DNA of 64,000 nt. Origin: the human T2T-CHM13v2.0 reference genome, Homo sapiens. Positions 12,273 through 29,000 of this stretch are shown in pieces. The number at the start of each line of letters is the position of its first letter. The first letter of the stretch is position 1. Below the pieces are notes generated by a model. That model had not been told where the DNA came from and made no database searches. It worked only from the letters and a program-made list of their open reading frames with translations. Location of the stretch: the NCBI RefSeq assembly GCF_009914755.1, contig NC_060925.1. One strand, written 5' to 3'. A program made the position numbers and the translations under genes.

Positions 12273-15200
12273 GAATGGTATCAACATCAAACGGAAAAAA
12301 ACGGAATTATCGAATGGAATCGAAGAGAATCTTCGAACGGACCCGAATGGAATCATCTAATGGAATGGAATGGAATAATCCATGGACTCGAATGCAATCA
12401 TCATCGAATGGAATCGAATGGAATCATTGAATGGACTCGAATGGAATAATCATTGAACGGAATCGAATGGAATCATCATCGGATGGAAATGAATGGAATC
12501 ATCATCGAATGGAATCGAATAGAATTATGGAATGAAATCCAGTGTGATCATCATCGAATGGACCCGAATGGAATCATCATCCAACGGAAGCTAATGGAAT
12601 CAACATCGAATGAATCGAAAGGAAACACCATCGAATTGAAACGAATGGAATTATCATGAAATTGAAATGGATGGACTCATCATCGAATGGATTCGAATGG
12701 AATCATCGAATAAAATTGATTGAAATCATCATCGAATGGAATCGAATGGTATCATTGAATGGAATCGAATGGAATCATCATCAGATGGAAATGAATGGAA
12801 TCGTCATAGAATGGAATCGAATGGATTCATTGAATGGAATCAGATGGAATCATCGAATGGACTCGAATGGAATAATCATTGAACGGAATCGAATGGAATC
12901 ATCATCGGATGGAAACGAATGGAATCATCATCGAATGGAAATGAAAGGAGTCATCATCTAATGGAATTTCATGGAATCATCATCAAATGGAATCGAATGG
13001 AATCAACATCAAATGGAATCAAATGGAATCATTGAACGGAATTGAATGGAATCGTCATCGAATGAATTGAATGCAATCATCGAATGGTCTCGAATGGAAT
13101 CATCTTCAAATGGAATGGAATGGAATCATCGCATAGAATCGAATGGAATTATCATCGAATGGAATCGAATGTTATCAACATCAAACGGAAAATAACGGAA
13201 TTATCGAATGGAATCGAAGAGAATCATCGAACGGACCCGAATGGAATCATCTAATGGAATGGAATGGAATAATCCACGGACTCGAATGCAATCATCGTCG
13301 AATGGAATCGAATAGAATCATCGAATGGACTCGAATGGAATAATCATTGAACGGAATCGAATGGAATCATCATCGGATGGAAACGAATGGAATCATCATC
13401 GAATGGAATCGAATAGAATTATGGAATGAAATCCAGTGTGATCATCATCGAATGGACCCGAATGGAATCATCATCCAACGGAAGCTAATGGAATCAACAT
13501 CGAATGAATCAAATGGAAACACCATCGAATTGAAACGAATGGAATTACCATGAAATTGAAATGGATGGACTCATCATCAAATGGATTCGAATGGAATCAT
13601 CGAATAAAATTGATTGAAATCATCATCGAATGGAATCGAATGGTATCATTGAATGGAATCGAATGGAATCATCATCAGATGGAAATGAATGGAATCGTCA
13701 TAGAATGGAATCGAATGGATTCATTGAATGGAATCAGATGGAATCATTGAATGGACTGGAATGGAATCATTGAATGGACTCGAAAGGGATCATTATTGAA
13801 TGGAATTGAATGGAATCATCGAATGGTCTCGATTGGAATCATTATCAAATGGAATCGAATGGAATCACCGAATAGAATCGAATGGAACAATCATCGAATG
13901 GACTCAAATGGAATTATCCTCCAATGGAATGGAATGGAATTATCGAATGCAATCGAATGGAATTATCGAATGCAATCGAATAGAATCATCGAATGGACTC
14001 GAATGGAATCATCGAATGGAATGGAATGGAATGGAACAGTCAATGAACTCGAATGGAATCATCATTGAATGGAATCGAATGGAATCATCGAGTGGAATCG
14101 AATGGAATTATGATCAAATGGAATCGAATGTAATCATCATCAAATGGAATCAAAAATAACCATCATCAATTGGTATTGAATGGAATTGTCATCAAATGGA
14201 ATTCAAAGGAATCATCATCAAATGGAACCGAATGGAATCCTCATTGAATGGAAATGAAAGGGGTCATCATCTAATGGAATCGCATGGAATCATCATCAAA
14301 TGGAATCGAATGGAATCATCATCAAATGGAATCTAATGGAATCATTGAAAAGAATTGAATGGAATCGTCATCGAATGAATTGAATGCAATCATCGAATGG
14401 TCTCGAATGGAATCATCTTCTAATGGAAAGGAATGGAATCATCGCATAGAATCGAATGGAATTATCATCGAATGGAATCGAATGGTATCAACACCAAACG
14501 GAAAAAAACGGAATTATCGAATGGAATCGAAGAGAATCTTCGAACGGACCCGAATGGAATCATCTAATGGAATGGAATGGAATAATCCATGGACTCGAAT
14601 GCAATCATCATCGAATGGAATCGAATGGAATCATCGAATGGACTCGAATGGAATAATCATTGAACGGAATCGAATGGAATCATCATCGGATGGAAACGAA
14701 TGGAATCATCATCGAATGGAAATGAAAGGAGTCATCATCTAATGGAATTGCATGGAATCATCATAAAAGGGAATCGAATGGAATCAACATCAAATGGAAT
14801 CAAATGGAATCATTGAACGGAATTGAATGGAATCGTCATCGAATGAATTGAATGCAATCATCGAATGGTCTCGAATGGAATCATCTTCAAATAGAATGGA
14901 ATGGAATCATCGCATAGAATCGAATGGAATTATCATCGAATGGAATCGAATGGAATCAACATCAAACGGAAAAAAACGGAATTATCGAATGGAATCGAAG
15001 AGAATCATCGAATGGACCCGAATGGAATCATCTAATGGAATGGAATGGAATAATCCATGGACTCGAATGCAATCATCATCGAATGGAATCGAATGGAATC
15101 ATCGAATGGACTCGAATGGAATAATCATTGAACGGAATCGAATGGAATCATCATCGGATGGAAATGAATGGAATCATCATCGAATGGAATCGAATAGAAT

Positions 15201-16869
15201 TATGGAATGAAATCCAGTGTGATCATCATCGAATGGACCCGAATGGAATCATCATCCAACGTAAGCTAATGGAATCAACATCGAATGAATCGAATGGAAA
15301 CACCATCGAATTGAAACGAATGGAATTACCATGAAATTGAAATGGATGGACTCATCATCGAATGGATTCGAATGGAATCATCGAATAAAATTGATTGAAA
15401 TCATCATCGAATTGTATCGAATGGTATCATTGAATGGAATCGAATGGAATCATCCTCAGATGGAAATGAATGGAATCGTCATAGAATGGAATCGAATGGA
15501 TTCATTGAATGGAATCAGATGGAATCATCGAATGGACTGGAATGGAATCATTGAATGGACTCGAAAGGGATCATTATTGAATGGAATTGAATGGAATCAT
15601 CGAATGGTCCCGATGGAATCATTATCAAATGGAATCGAATGGAATCACCGAATAGAATCGAATGGAACAATCATCGAATGGACTCAAATGGAATTATCCT
15701 CACATGGAATCGAATGGAATTATCGAATGCAATCGAATGGAATTATCGAATGCAATCGAATAGAATCATCGAATGGACTCGAATGGAATCATCGAATGGA
15801 ATGGAATGGAACAGTCAATGAACTCGAATGGAATCATCATTGAATGGAATCGAATGGAATCATCGAGTGGAATCGAATGGAATTATGATCAAATGGAATC
15901 GAATTTAATCATCATCAAATGGAATCAAAAATAACCATCATCAATTGGTATTGAATGGAATTCTCATCAAATGGAATTCAAAGGAATCATCATCAAATGG
16001 AACTGAATGGAATCCTCATTGAATGGAAATGAAAGGGGTCATCATCTAATGGAATCGCATGGAATCATCATCAAATGGAATCGAATGGAATCATCATCAA
16101 ATGGAATCTGATGGAATCATTGAACAGAATTGAATGGAATCGTCATCGAATGAATTGAATTCAATCATCGAATGGTCTCGAATGTAATCACATTCTAATG
16201 GAAAGGAATGGAATCATCGCATAGAATCGAATGGAATTAACATTGAATGGACTCGAATGGAATCAACATCAAACGGAATCAAGCGGAATTATCGAATGGA
16301 ATCGAAGAGAATCATCGAATGGTCTCGAATGGAATCATCTTCTAATGGAAAGGAATGGAATCATCTCATAGAATCGAATGGAATTAACATTGAATGGACT
16401 CGAATGGAATCAACATCAAATGCAATCAAGCGGAATTGTCGAATGAAATCGAAGAGAATCATCGAATGGACTCGAATGGAATCATCTAATGGAATGGAAT
16501 GGAATAATCCACGGACTCGAATGCAATCATCATCGTATAGAATCGAATGGAATGATCGAAAGGACTCGAATGGAATAACCATTGAACGGAATCGAATGGA
16601 ATCATCATCGGATGGAAACGAATGGAATCATCATCGAATGGAAATGAAAGGAGTCATCATCTAATGGAATTGCATGGAATCATCATCAAATGGAATCGAA
16701 TGGAATCATCATCAAATGGAATCAAATGGAATCATTGAACGGAATTGAATGGAATTGTCATCGAATGAATTGACTGCAATCATCCAATGGTCTCGAATGG
16801 AATCATCTTCAAATGGAATGGAATGGAATCATCGCATAGAATCGAATGGAATTATCATCGAATGGAATC
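12273..16869 (+). repeat. Higher-order unit S' (4597 bp; S plus one extra GAATG)
   Basis: Spacing 12453->17050 = 4597. (GAATG)4 before GAACAGTC at 14014-14033, versus (GAATG)3 in the other S copies. Confidence 0.95.
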
Positions 16870-19800
16870 GAATGGTATCAACATCAAACGGAAAAAAACG
16901 GAATTATCGAATGGAATCGAAGAGAATCTTCGAACGGACCCGAATGGAATCATCTAATGGAATGGAATGGAATAATCCATGGACTCGAATGCAATCATCA
17001 TCGAATGGAATCGAATGGAATCATTGAATGGACTCGAATGGAATAATCATTGAACGGAATCGAATGGAATCATCATCGGATGGAAATGAATGGAATCATC
17101 ATCGAATGGAATCGAATAGAATTATGGAATGAAATCCAGTGTGATCATCATCGAATGGACCCGAATGGAATCATCATCCAACGGAAGCTAATGGAATCAA
17201 CATCGAATGAATCGAAAGGAAACACCATCGAATTGAAACGAATGGAATTATCATGAAATTGAAATGGATGGACTCATCATCGAATGGATTCGAATGGAAT
17301 CATCGAATAAAATTGATTGAAATCATCATCGAATGGAATCGAATGGTATCATTGAATGGAATCGAATGGAATCATCATCAGATGGAAATGAATGGAATCG
17401 TCATAGAATGGAATCGAATGGATTCATTGAATGGAATCAGATGGAATCATCGAATGGACTCGAATGGAATAATCATTGAACGGAATCGAATGGAATCATC
17501 ATCGGATGGAAACGAATGGAATCATCATCGAATGGAAATGAAAGGAGTCATCATCTAATGGAATTTCATGGAATCATCATCAAATGGAATCGAATGGAAT
17601 CAACATCAAATGGAATCAAATGGAATCATTGAACGGAATTGAATGGAATCGTCATCGAATGAATTGAATGCAATCATCGAATGGTCTCGAATGGAATCAT
17701 CTTCAAATGGAATGGAATGGAATCATCGCATAGAATCGAATGGAATTATCATCGAATGGAATCGAATGTTATCAACATCAAACGGAAAATAACGGAATTA
17801 TCGAATGGAATCGAAGAGAATCATCGAACGGACCCGAATGGAATCATCTAATGGAATGGAATGGAATAATCCACGGACTCGAATGCAATCATCGTCGAAT
17901 GGAATCGAATAGAATCATCGAATGGACTCGAATGGAATAATCATTGAACGGAATCGAATGGAATCATCATCGGATGGAAACGAATGGAATCATCATCGAA
18001 TGGAATCGAATAGAATTATGGAATGAAATCCAGTGTGATCATCATCGAATGGACCCGAATGGAATCATCATCCAACGGAAGCTAATGGAATCAACATCGA
18101 ATGAATCAAATGGAAACACCATCGAATTGAAACGAATGGAATTACCATGAAATTGAAATGGATGGACTCATCATCAAATGGATTCGAATGGAATCATCGA
18201 ATAAAATTGATTGAAATCATCATCGAATGGAATCGAATGGTATCATTGAATGGAATCGAATGGAATCATCATCAGATGGAAATGAATGGAATCGTCATAG
18301 AATGGAATCGAATGGATTCATTGAATGGAATCAGATGGAATCATTGAATGGACTGGAATGGAATCATTGAATGGACTCGAAAGGGATCATTATTGAATGG
18401 AATTGAATGGAATCATCGAATGGTCTCGATTGGAATCATTATCAAATGGAATCGAATGGAATCACCGAATAGAATCGAATGGAACAATCATCGAATGGAC
18501 TCAAATGGAATTATCCTCCAATGGAATGGAATGGAATTATCGAATGCAATCGAATGGAATTATCGAATGCAATCGAATAGAATCATCGAATGGACTCGAA
18601 TGGAATCATCGAATGGAATGGAATGGAACAGTCAATGAACTCGAATGGAATCATCATTGAATGGAATCGAATGGAATCATCGAGTGGAATCGAATGGAAT
18701 TATGATCAAATGGAATCGAATGTAATCATCATCAAATGGAATCAAAAATAACCATCATCAATTGGTATTGAATGGAATTGTCATCAAATGGAATTCAAAG
18801 GAATCATCATCAAATGGAACCGAATGGAATCCTCATTGAATGGAAATGAAAGGGGTCATCATCTAATGGAATCGCATGGAATCATCATCAAATGGAATCG
18901 AATGGAATCATCATCAAATGGAATCTAATGGAATCATTGAAAAGAATTGAATGGAATCGTCATCGAATGAATTGAATGCAATCATCGAATGGTCTCGAAT
19001 GGAATCATCTTCTAATGGAAAGGAATGGAATCATCGCATAGAATCGAATGGAATTATCATCGAATGGAATCGAATGGTATCAACACCAAACGGAAAAAAA
19101 CGGAATTATCGAATGGAATCGAAGAGAATCTTCGAACGGACCCGAATGGAATCATCTAATGGAATGGAATGGAATAATCCATGGACTCGAATGCAATCAT
19201 CATCGAATGGAATCGAATGGAATCATCGAATGGACTCGAATGGAATAATCATTGAACGGAATCGAATGGAATCATCATCGGATGGAAACGAATGGAATCA
19301 TCATCGAATGGAAATGAAAGGAGTCATCATCTAATGGAATTGCATGGAATCATCATAAAAGGGAATCGAATGGAATCAACATCAAATGGAATCAAATGGA
19401 ATCATTGAACGGAATTGAATGGAATCGTCATCGAATGAATTGAATGCAATCATCGAATGGTCTCGAATGGAATCATCTTCAAATAGAATGGAATGGAATC
19501 ATCGCATAGAATCGAATGGAATTATCATCGAATGGAATCGAATGGAATCAACATCAAACGGAAAAAAACGGAATTATCGAATGGAATCGAAGAGAATCAT
19601 CGAATGGACCCGAATGGAATCATCTAATGGAATGGAATGGAATAATCCATGGACTCGAATGCAATCATCATCGAATGGAATCGAATGGAATCATCGAATG
19701 GACTCGAATGGAATAATCATTGAACGGAATCGAATGGAATCATCATCGGATGGAAATGAATGGAATCATCATCGAATGGAATCGAATAGAATTATGGAAT

Positions 19801-21461
19801 GAAATCCAGTGTGATCATCATCGAATGGACCCGAATGGAATCATCATCCAACGTAAGCTAATGGAATCAACATCGAATGAATCGAATGGAAACACCATCG
19901 AATTGAAACGAATGGAATTACCATGAAATTGAAATGGATGGACTCATCATCGAATGGATTCGAATGGAATCATCGAATAAAATTGATTGAAATCATCATC
20001 GAATTGTATCGAATGGTATCATTGAATGGAATCGAATGGAATCATCCTCAGATGGAAATGAATGGAATCGTCATAGAATGGAATCGAATGGATTCATTGA
20101 ATGGAATCAGATGGAATCATCGAATGGACTGGAATGGAATCATTGAATGGACTCGAAAGGGATCATTATTGAATGGAATTGAATGGAATCATCGAATGGT
20201 CCCGATGGAATCATTATCAAATGGAATCGAATGGAATCACCGAATAGAATCGAATGGAACAATCATCGAATGGACTCAAATGGAATTATCCTCACATGGA
20301 ATCGAATGGAATTATCGAATGCAATCGAATGGAATTATCGAATGCAATCGAATAGAATCATCGAATGGACTCGAATGGAATCATCGAATGGAATGGAATG
20401 GAACAGTCAATGAACTCGAATGGAATCATCATTGAATGGAATCGAATGGAATCATCGAGTGGAATCGAATGGAATTATGATCAAATGGAATCGAATTTAA
20501 TCATCATCAAATGGAATCAAAAATAACCATCATCAATTGGTATTGAATGGAATTCTCATCAAATGGAATTCAAAGGAATCATCATCAAATGGAACTGAAT
20601 GGAATCCTCATTGAATGGGAATGAAAGGGGTCATCATCTAATGGAATCGCATGGAATCATCATCAAATGGAATCGAATGGAATCATCATCAAATGGAATC
20701 TGATGGAATCATTGAACAGAATTGAATGGAATCGTCATCGAATGAATTGAATTCAATCATCGAATGGTCTCGAATGTAATCACATTCTAATGGAAAGGAA
20801 TGGAATCATCGCATAGAATCGAATGGAATTAACATTGAATGGACTCGAATGGAATCAACATCAAACGGAATCAAGCGGAATTATCGAATGGAATCGAAGA
20901 GAATCATCGAATGGTCTCGAATGGAATCATCTTCTAATGGAAAGGAATGGAATCATCTCATAGAATCGAATGGAATTAACATTGAATGGACTCGAATGGA
21001 ATCAACATCAAATGCAATCAAGCGGAATTGTCGAATGAAATCGAAGAGAATCATCGAATGGACTCGAATGGAATCATCTAATGGAATGGAATGGAATAAT
21101 CCACGGACTCGAATGCAATCATCATCGTATAGAATCGAATGGAATGATCGAAAGGACTCGAATGGAATAACCATTGAACGGAATCGAATGGAATCATCAT
21201 CGGATGGAAACGAATGGAATCATCATCGAATGGAAATGAAAGGAGTCATCATCTAATGGAATTGCATGGAATCATCATCAAATGGAATCGAATGGAATCA
21301 TCATCAAATGGAATCAAATGGAATCATTGAACGGAATTGAATGGAATTGTCATCGAATGAATTGACTGCAATCATCCAATGGTCTCGAATGGAATCATCT
21401 TCAAATGGAATGGAATGGAATCATCGCATAGAATCGAATGGAATTATCATCGAATGGAATC
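16870..21461 (+). repeat. Higher-order unit S, copy 3 (4592 bp)
   Basis: Spacing 17050->21642 = 4592; S-type alleles; private A>G at 20619. Confidence 0.95.
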
Positions 21462-24400
21462 GAATGGTATCAACATCAAACGGAAAAAAACGGAATTATC
21501 GAATGGAATCGAAGAGAATCTTCGAACGGACCCGAATGGAATCATCTAATGGAATGGAATGGAATAATCCATGGACTCGAATGCAATCATCATCGAATGG
21601 AATCGAATGGAATCATTGAATGGACTCGAATGGAATAATCATTGAACGGAATCGAATGGAATCATCATCGGATGGAAATGAATGGAATCATCATCGAATG
21701 GAATCGAATAGAATTATGGAATGAAATCCAGTGTGATCATCATCGAATGGACCCGAATGGAATCATCATCCAACGGAAGCTAATGGAATCAACATCGAAT
21801 GAATCGAAAGGAAACACCATCGAATTGAAACGAATGGAATTATCATGAAATTGAAATGGATGGACTCATCATCGAATGGATTCGAATGGAATCATCGAAT
21901 AAAATTGATTGAAATCATCATCGAATGGAATCGAATGGTATCATTGAATGGAATCGAATGGAATCATCATCAGATGGAAATGAATGGAATCGTCATAGAA
22001 TGGAATCGAATGGATTCATTGAATGGAATCAGATGGAATCATCGAATGGACTCGAATGGAATAATCATTGAACGGAATCGAATGGAATCATCATCGGATG
22101 GAAACGAATGGAATCATCATCGAATGGAAATGAAAGGAGTCATCATCTAATGGAATTTCATGGAATCATCATCAAATGGAATCGAATGGAATCAACATCA
22201 AATGGAATCAAATGGAATCATTGAACGGAATTGAATGGAATCGTCATCGAATGAATTGAATGCAATCATCGAATGGTCTCGAATGGAATCATCTTCAAAT
22301 GGAATGGAATGGAATCATCGCATAGAATCGAATGGAATTATCATCGAATGGAATCGAATGTTATCAACATCAAACGGAAAATAACGGAATTATCGAATGG
22401 AATCGAAGAGAATCATCGAACGGACCCGAATGGAATCATCTAATGGAATGGAATGGAATAATCCACGGACTCGAATGCAATCATCGTCGAATGGAATCGA
22501 ATAGAATCATCGAATGGACTCGAATGGAATAATCATTGAACGGAATCGAATGGAATCATCATCGGATGGAAACGAATGGAATCATCATCGAATGGAATCG
22601 AATAGAATTATGGAATGAAATCCAGTGTGATCATCATCGAATGGACCCGAATGGAATCATCATCCAACGGAAGCTAATGGAATCAACATCGAATGAATCA
22701 AATGGAAACACCATCGAATTGAAACGAATGGAATTACCATGAAATTGAAATGGATGGACTCATCATCAAATGGATTCGAATGGAATCATCGAATAAAATT
22801 GATTGAAATCATCATCGAATGGAATCGAATGGTATCATTGAATGGAATCGAATGGAATCATCATCAGATGGAAATGAATGGAATCGTCATAGAATGGAAT
22901 CGAATGGATTCATTGAATGGAATCAGATGGAATCATTGAATGGACTGGAATGGAATCATTGAATGGACTCGAAAGGGATCATTATTGAATGGAATTGAAT
23001 GGAATCATCGAATGGTCTCGATTGGAATCATTATCAAATGGAATCGAATGGAATCACCGAATAGAATCGAATGGAACAATCATCGAATGGACTCAAATGG
23101 AATTATCCTCCAATGGAATGGAATGGAATTATCGAATGCAATCGAATGGAATTATCGAATGCAATCGAATAGAATCATCGAATGGACTCGAATGGAATCA
23201 TCGAATGGAATGGAATGGAACAGTCAATGAACTCGAATGGAATCATCATTGAATGGAATCGAATGGAATCATCGAGTGGAATCGAATGGAATTATGATCA
23301 AATGGAATCGAATGTAATCATCATCAAATGGAATCAAAAATAACCATCATCAATTGGTATTGAATGGAATGGTCATCAAATGGAATTCAAAGGAATCATC
23401 ATCAAATGGAACCGAATGGAATCCTCATTGAATGGAAATGAAAGGGGTCATCATCTAATGGAATCGCATGGAATCATCATCAAATGGAATCGAATGGAAT
23501 CATCATCAAATGGAATCTAATGGAATCATTGAAAAGAATTGAATGGAATCGTCATCGAATGAATTGAATGCAATCATCGAATGGTCTCGAATGGAATCAT
23601 CTTCTAATGGAAAGGAATGGAATCATCGCATAGAATCGAATGGAATTATCATCGAATGGAATCGAATGGTATCAACACCAAACGGAAAAAAACGGAATTA
23701 TCGAATGGAATCGAAGAGAATCTTCGAACGGACCCGAATGGAATCATCTAATGGAATGGAATGGAATAATCCATGGACTCGAATGCAATCATCATCGAAT
23801 GGAATCGAATGGAATCATCGAATGGACTCGAATGGAATAATCATTGAACGGAATCGAATGGAATCATCATCGAATGGAAACGAATGGAATCATCATCGAA
23901 TGGAAATGAAAGGAGTCATCATCTAATGGAATTGCATGGAATCATCATAAAAGGGAATCGAATGGAATCAACATCAAATGGAATCAAATGGAATCATTGA
24001 ACGGAATTGAATGGAATCGTCATCGAATGAATTGAATGCAATCATCGAATGGTCTCGAATGGAATCATCTTCAAATAGAATGGAATGGAATCATCGCATA
24101 GAATCGAATGGAATTATCATCGAATGGAATCGAATGGAATCAACATCAAACGGAAAAAAACGGAATTATCGAATGGAATCGAAGAGAATCATCGAATGGA
24201 CCCGAATGGAATCATCTAATGGAATGGAATGGAATAATCCATGGACTCGAATGCAATCATCATCGAATGGAATCGAATGGAATCATCGAATGGACTCGAA
24301 TGGAATAATCATTGAACGGAATCGAATGGAATCATCATCGGATGGAAATGAATGGAATCATCATCGAATGGAATCGAATAGAATTATGGAATGAAATCCA

Positions 24401-26053
24401 GTGTGATCATCATCGAATGGACCCGAATGGAATCATCATCCAACGTAAGCTAATGGAATCAACATCGAATGAATCGAATGGAAACACCATCGAATTGAAA
24501 CGAATGGAATTACCATGAAATTGAAATGGATGGACTCATCATCGAATGGATTCGAATGGAATCATCGAATAAAATTGATTGAAATCATCATCGAATTGTA
24601 TCGAATGGTATCATTGAATGGAATCGAATGGAATCATCCTCAGATGGAAATGAATGGAATCGTCATAGAATGGAATCGAATGGATTCATTGAATGGAATC
24701 AGATGGAATCATCGAATGGACTGGAATGGAATCATTGAATGGACTCGAAAGGGATCATTATTGAATGGAATTGAATGGAATCATCGAATGGTCCCGATGG
24801 AATCATTATCAAATGGAATCGAATGGAATCACCGAATAGAATCGAATGGAACAATCATCGAATGGACTCAAATGGAATTATCCTCACATGGAATCGAATG
24901 GAATTATCGAATGCAATCGAATGGAATTATCGAATGCAATCGAATAGAATCATCGAATGGACTCGAATGGAATCATCGAATGGAATGGAATGGAACAGTC
25001 AATGAACTCGAATGGAATCATCATTGAATGGAATCGAATGGAATCATCGAGTGGAATCGAATGGAATTATGATCAAATGGAATCGAATTTAATCATCATC
25101 AAATGGAATCAAAAATAACCATCATCAATTGGTATTGAATGGAATTCTCATCAAATGGAATTCAAAGGAATCATCATCAAATGGAACTGAATGGAATCCT
25201 CATTGAATGGAAATGAAAGGGGTCATCATCTAATGGAATCGCATGGAATCATCATCAAATGGAATCGAATGGAATCATCATCAAATGGAATCTGATGGAA
25301 TCATTGAACAGAATTGAATGGAATCGTCATCGAATGAATTGAATTCAATCATCGAATGGTCTCGAATGTAATCACATTCTAATGGAAAGGAATGGAATCA
25401 TCGCATAGAATCGAATGGAATTAACATTGAATGGACTCGAATGGAATCAACATCAAACGGAATCAAGCGGAATTATCGAATGGAATCGAAGAGAATCATC
25501 GAATGGTCTCGAATGGAATCATCTTCTAATGGAAAGGAATGGAATCATCTCATAGAATCGAATGGAATTAACATTGAATGGACTCGAATGGAATCAACAT
25601 CAAATGCAATCAAGCGGAATTGTCGAATGAAATCGAAGAGAATCATCGAATGGACTCGAATGGAATCATCTAATGGAATGGAATGGAATAATCCACGGAC
25701 TCGAATGCAATCATCATCGTATAGAATCGAATGGAATGATCGAAAGGACTCGAATGGAATAACCATTGAACGGAATCGAATGGAATCATCATCGGATGGA
25801 AACGAATGGAATCATCATCGAATGGAAATGAAAGGAGTCATCATCTAATGGAATTGCATGGAATCATCATCAAATGGAATCGAATGGAATCATCATCAAA
25901 TGGAATCAAATGGAATCATTGAACGGAATTGAATGGAATTGTCATCGAATGAATTGACTGCAATCATCCAATGGTCTCGAATGGAATCATCTTCAAATGG
26001 AATGGAATGGAATCATCGCATAGAATCGAATGGAATTATCATCGAATGGAATC
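21462..26053 (+). repeat. Higher-order unit S, copy 4 (4592 bp)
   Basis: Spacing 21642->26234 = 4592; private variants at 23371 and 23873. Confidence 0.95.
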
Positions 26054-29000
26054 GAATGGTATCAACACCAAACGGAAAAAAACGGAATTATCGAATGGAA
26101 TCGAAGAGAATCTTCGAACGGACCCGAATGGAATCATCTAATGGAATGGAATGGAATAATCCATGGACTCGAATGCAATCATCATCGAATGGAATCGAAT
26201 GGAATCATTGAATGGACTCGAATGGAATAATCATTGAACGGAATCGAATGGAATCATCATCGGATGGAAATGAATGGAATCATCATCGAATGGAATCGAA
26301 TAGAATTATGGAATGAAATCCAGTGTGATCATCATCGAATGGACCCGAATGGAATCATCATCCAACGGAAGCTAATGGAATCAACATCGAATGAATCGAA
26401 AGGAAACACCATCGAATTGAAACGAATGGAATTATCATGAAATTGAAATGGATGGACTCATCATCGAATGGATTCGAATGGAATCATCGAATAAAATTGA
26501 TTGAAATCATCATCGAATGGAATCGAATGGTATCATTGAATGGAATCGAATGGAATCATCATCAGATGGAAATGAATGGAATCGTCATAGAATGGAATCG
26601 AATGGATTCATTGAATGGAATCAGATGGAATCATCGAATGGACTCGAATGGAATAATCATTGAACGGAATCGAATGGAATCATCATCGGATGGAAACGAA
26701 TGGAATCATCATCGAATGGAAATGAAAGGAGTCATCATCTAATGGAATTTCATGGAATCATCATCAAATGGAATCGAATGGAATCAACATCAAATGGAAT
26801 CAAATGGAATCATTGAACGGAATTGAATGGAATCGTCATCGAATGAATTGAATGCAATCATCGAATGGTCTCGAATGGAATCATCTTCAAATGGAATGGA
26901 ATGGAATCATCGCATAGAATCGAATGGAATTATCATCGAATGGAATCGAATGTTATCAACATCAAACGGAAAATAACGGAATTATCGAATGGAATCGAAG
27001 AGAATCATCGAACGGACCCGAATGGAATCATCTAATGGAATGGAATGGAATAATCCACGGACTCGAATGCAATCATCGTCGAATGGAATCGAATAGAATC
27101 ATCGAATGGACTCGAATGGAATAATCATTGAACGGAATCGAATGGAATCATCATCGGATGGAAACGAATGGAATCATCATCGAATGGAATCGAATAGAAT
27201 TATGGAATGAAATCCAGTGTGATCATCATCGAATGGACCCGAATGGAATCATCATCCAACGGAAGCTAATGGAATCAACATCGAATGAATCAAATGGAAA
27301 CACCATCGAATTGAAACGAATGGAATTACCATGAAATTGAAATGGATGGACTCATCATCAAATGGATTCGAATGGAATCATCGAATAAAATTGATTGAAA
27401 TCATCATCGAATGGAATCGAATGGTATCATTGAATGGAATCGAATGGAATCATCATCAGATGGAAATGAATGGAATCGTCATAGAATGGAATCGAATGGA
27501 TTCATTGAATGGAATCAGATGGAATCATTGAATGGACTGGAATGGAATCATTGAATGGACTCGAAAGGGATCATTATTGAATGGAATTGAATGGAATCAT
27601 CGAATGGTCTCGATTGGAATCATTATCAAATGGAATCGAATGGAATCACCGAATAGAATCGAATGGAACAATCATCGAATGGACTCAAATGGAATTATCC
27701 TCCAATGGAATGGAATGGAATTATCGAATGCAATCGAATGGAATTATCGAATGCAATCGAATAGAATCATCGAATGGACTCGAATGGAATCATCGAATGG
27801 AATGGAATGGAATGGAACAGTCAATGAACTCGAATGGAATCATCATTGAATGGAATCGAATGGAATCATCGAGTGGAATCGAATGGAATTATGATCAAAT
27901 GGAATCGAATGTAATCATCATCAAATGGAATCAAAAATAACCATCATCAATTGGTATTGAATGGAATTGTCATCAAATGGAATTCAAAGGAATCATCATC
28001 AAATGGAACCGAATGGAATCCTCATTGAATGGAAATGAAAGGGGTCATCATCTAATGGAATCGCATGGAATCATCATCAAATGGAATCGAATGGAATCAT
28101 CATCAAATGGAATCCAATGGAATCATTGAAAGAATTGAATGGAATGGTCATCGAATGAATTGAATGCAATCATCGAATGGTCTCGAATGGAATCATCTTC
28201 TAATGGAAAGGAATGGAATCATCGCATAGAATCGAATGGAATTATCATCGAATGGAATCGAATGGTATCAACACCAAACGGAAAAAAACGGAATTATCGA
28301 ATGGAATCGAAGAGAATCTTCGAACGGACCCGAATGGAATCATCTAATGGAATGGAATGGAATAATCCATGGACTCGAATGCAATCATCATCGAATGGAA
28401 TCGAATGGAATCATCGAATGGACTCGAATGGAATAATCATTGAACGGAATCGAATGGAATCATCATCGGATGGAAACGAATGGAATCATCATCGAATGGA
28501 AATGAAAGGAGTCATCATCTAATGGAATTGCATGGAATCATCATCAAATGGAATCGAATGGAATCAACATCAAATGGAATCAAATGGAATCATTGAACGG
28601 AATTGAATGGAATCGTCATCGAATGAATTGAATGCAATCATCGAATGGTCTCGAAAGGAATCATCTTCAAATGGAATGGAATGGAATCATCGCATAGAAT
28701 CGAATGGAATTATCATCGAATGGAATCGAATGGAATCAACATCAAACGGAAAAAAACGGAATTATCGAATGGAATCGAAGAGAATCATCGAATGGACCCG
28801 AATGGAATCATCTAATGGAATGGAATGGAATAATCCATGGACTCGAATGCAATCATCATCGAATGGAATCGAATGGAATCATCGAATGGACTCGAATGGA
28901 ATAATCATGGAACGGAATCGAATGGAATCATCATCGGATGGAAATGAATGGAATCATCATCGAATGGAATCGAATAGAATTATGGAATGAAATCCAGTGT

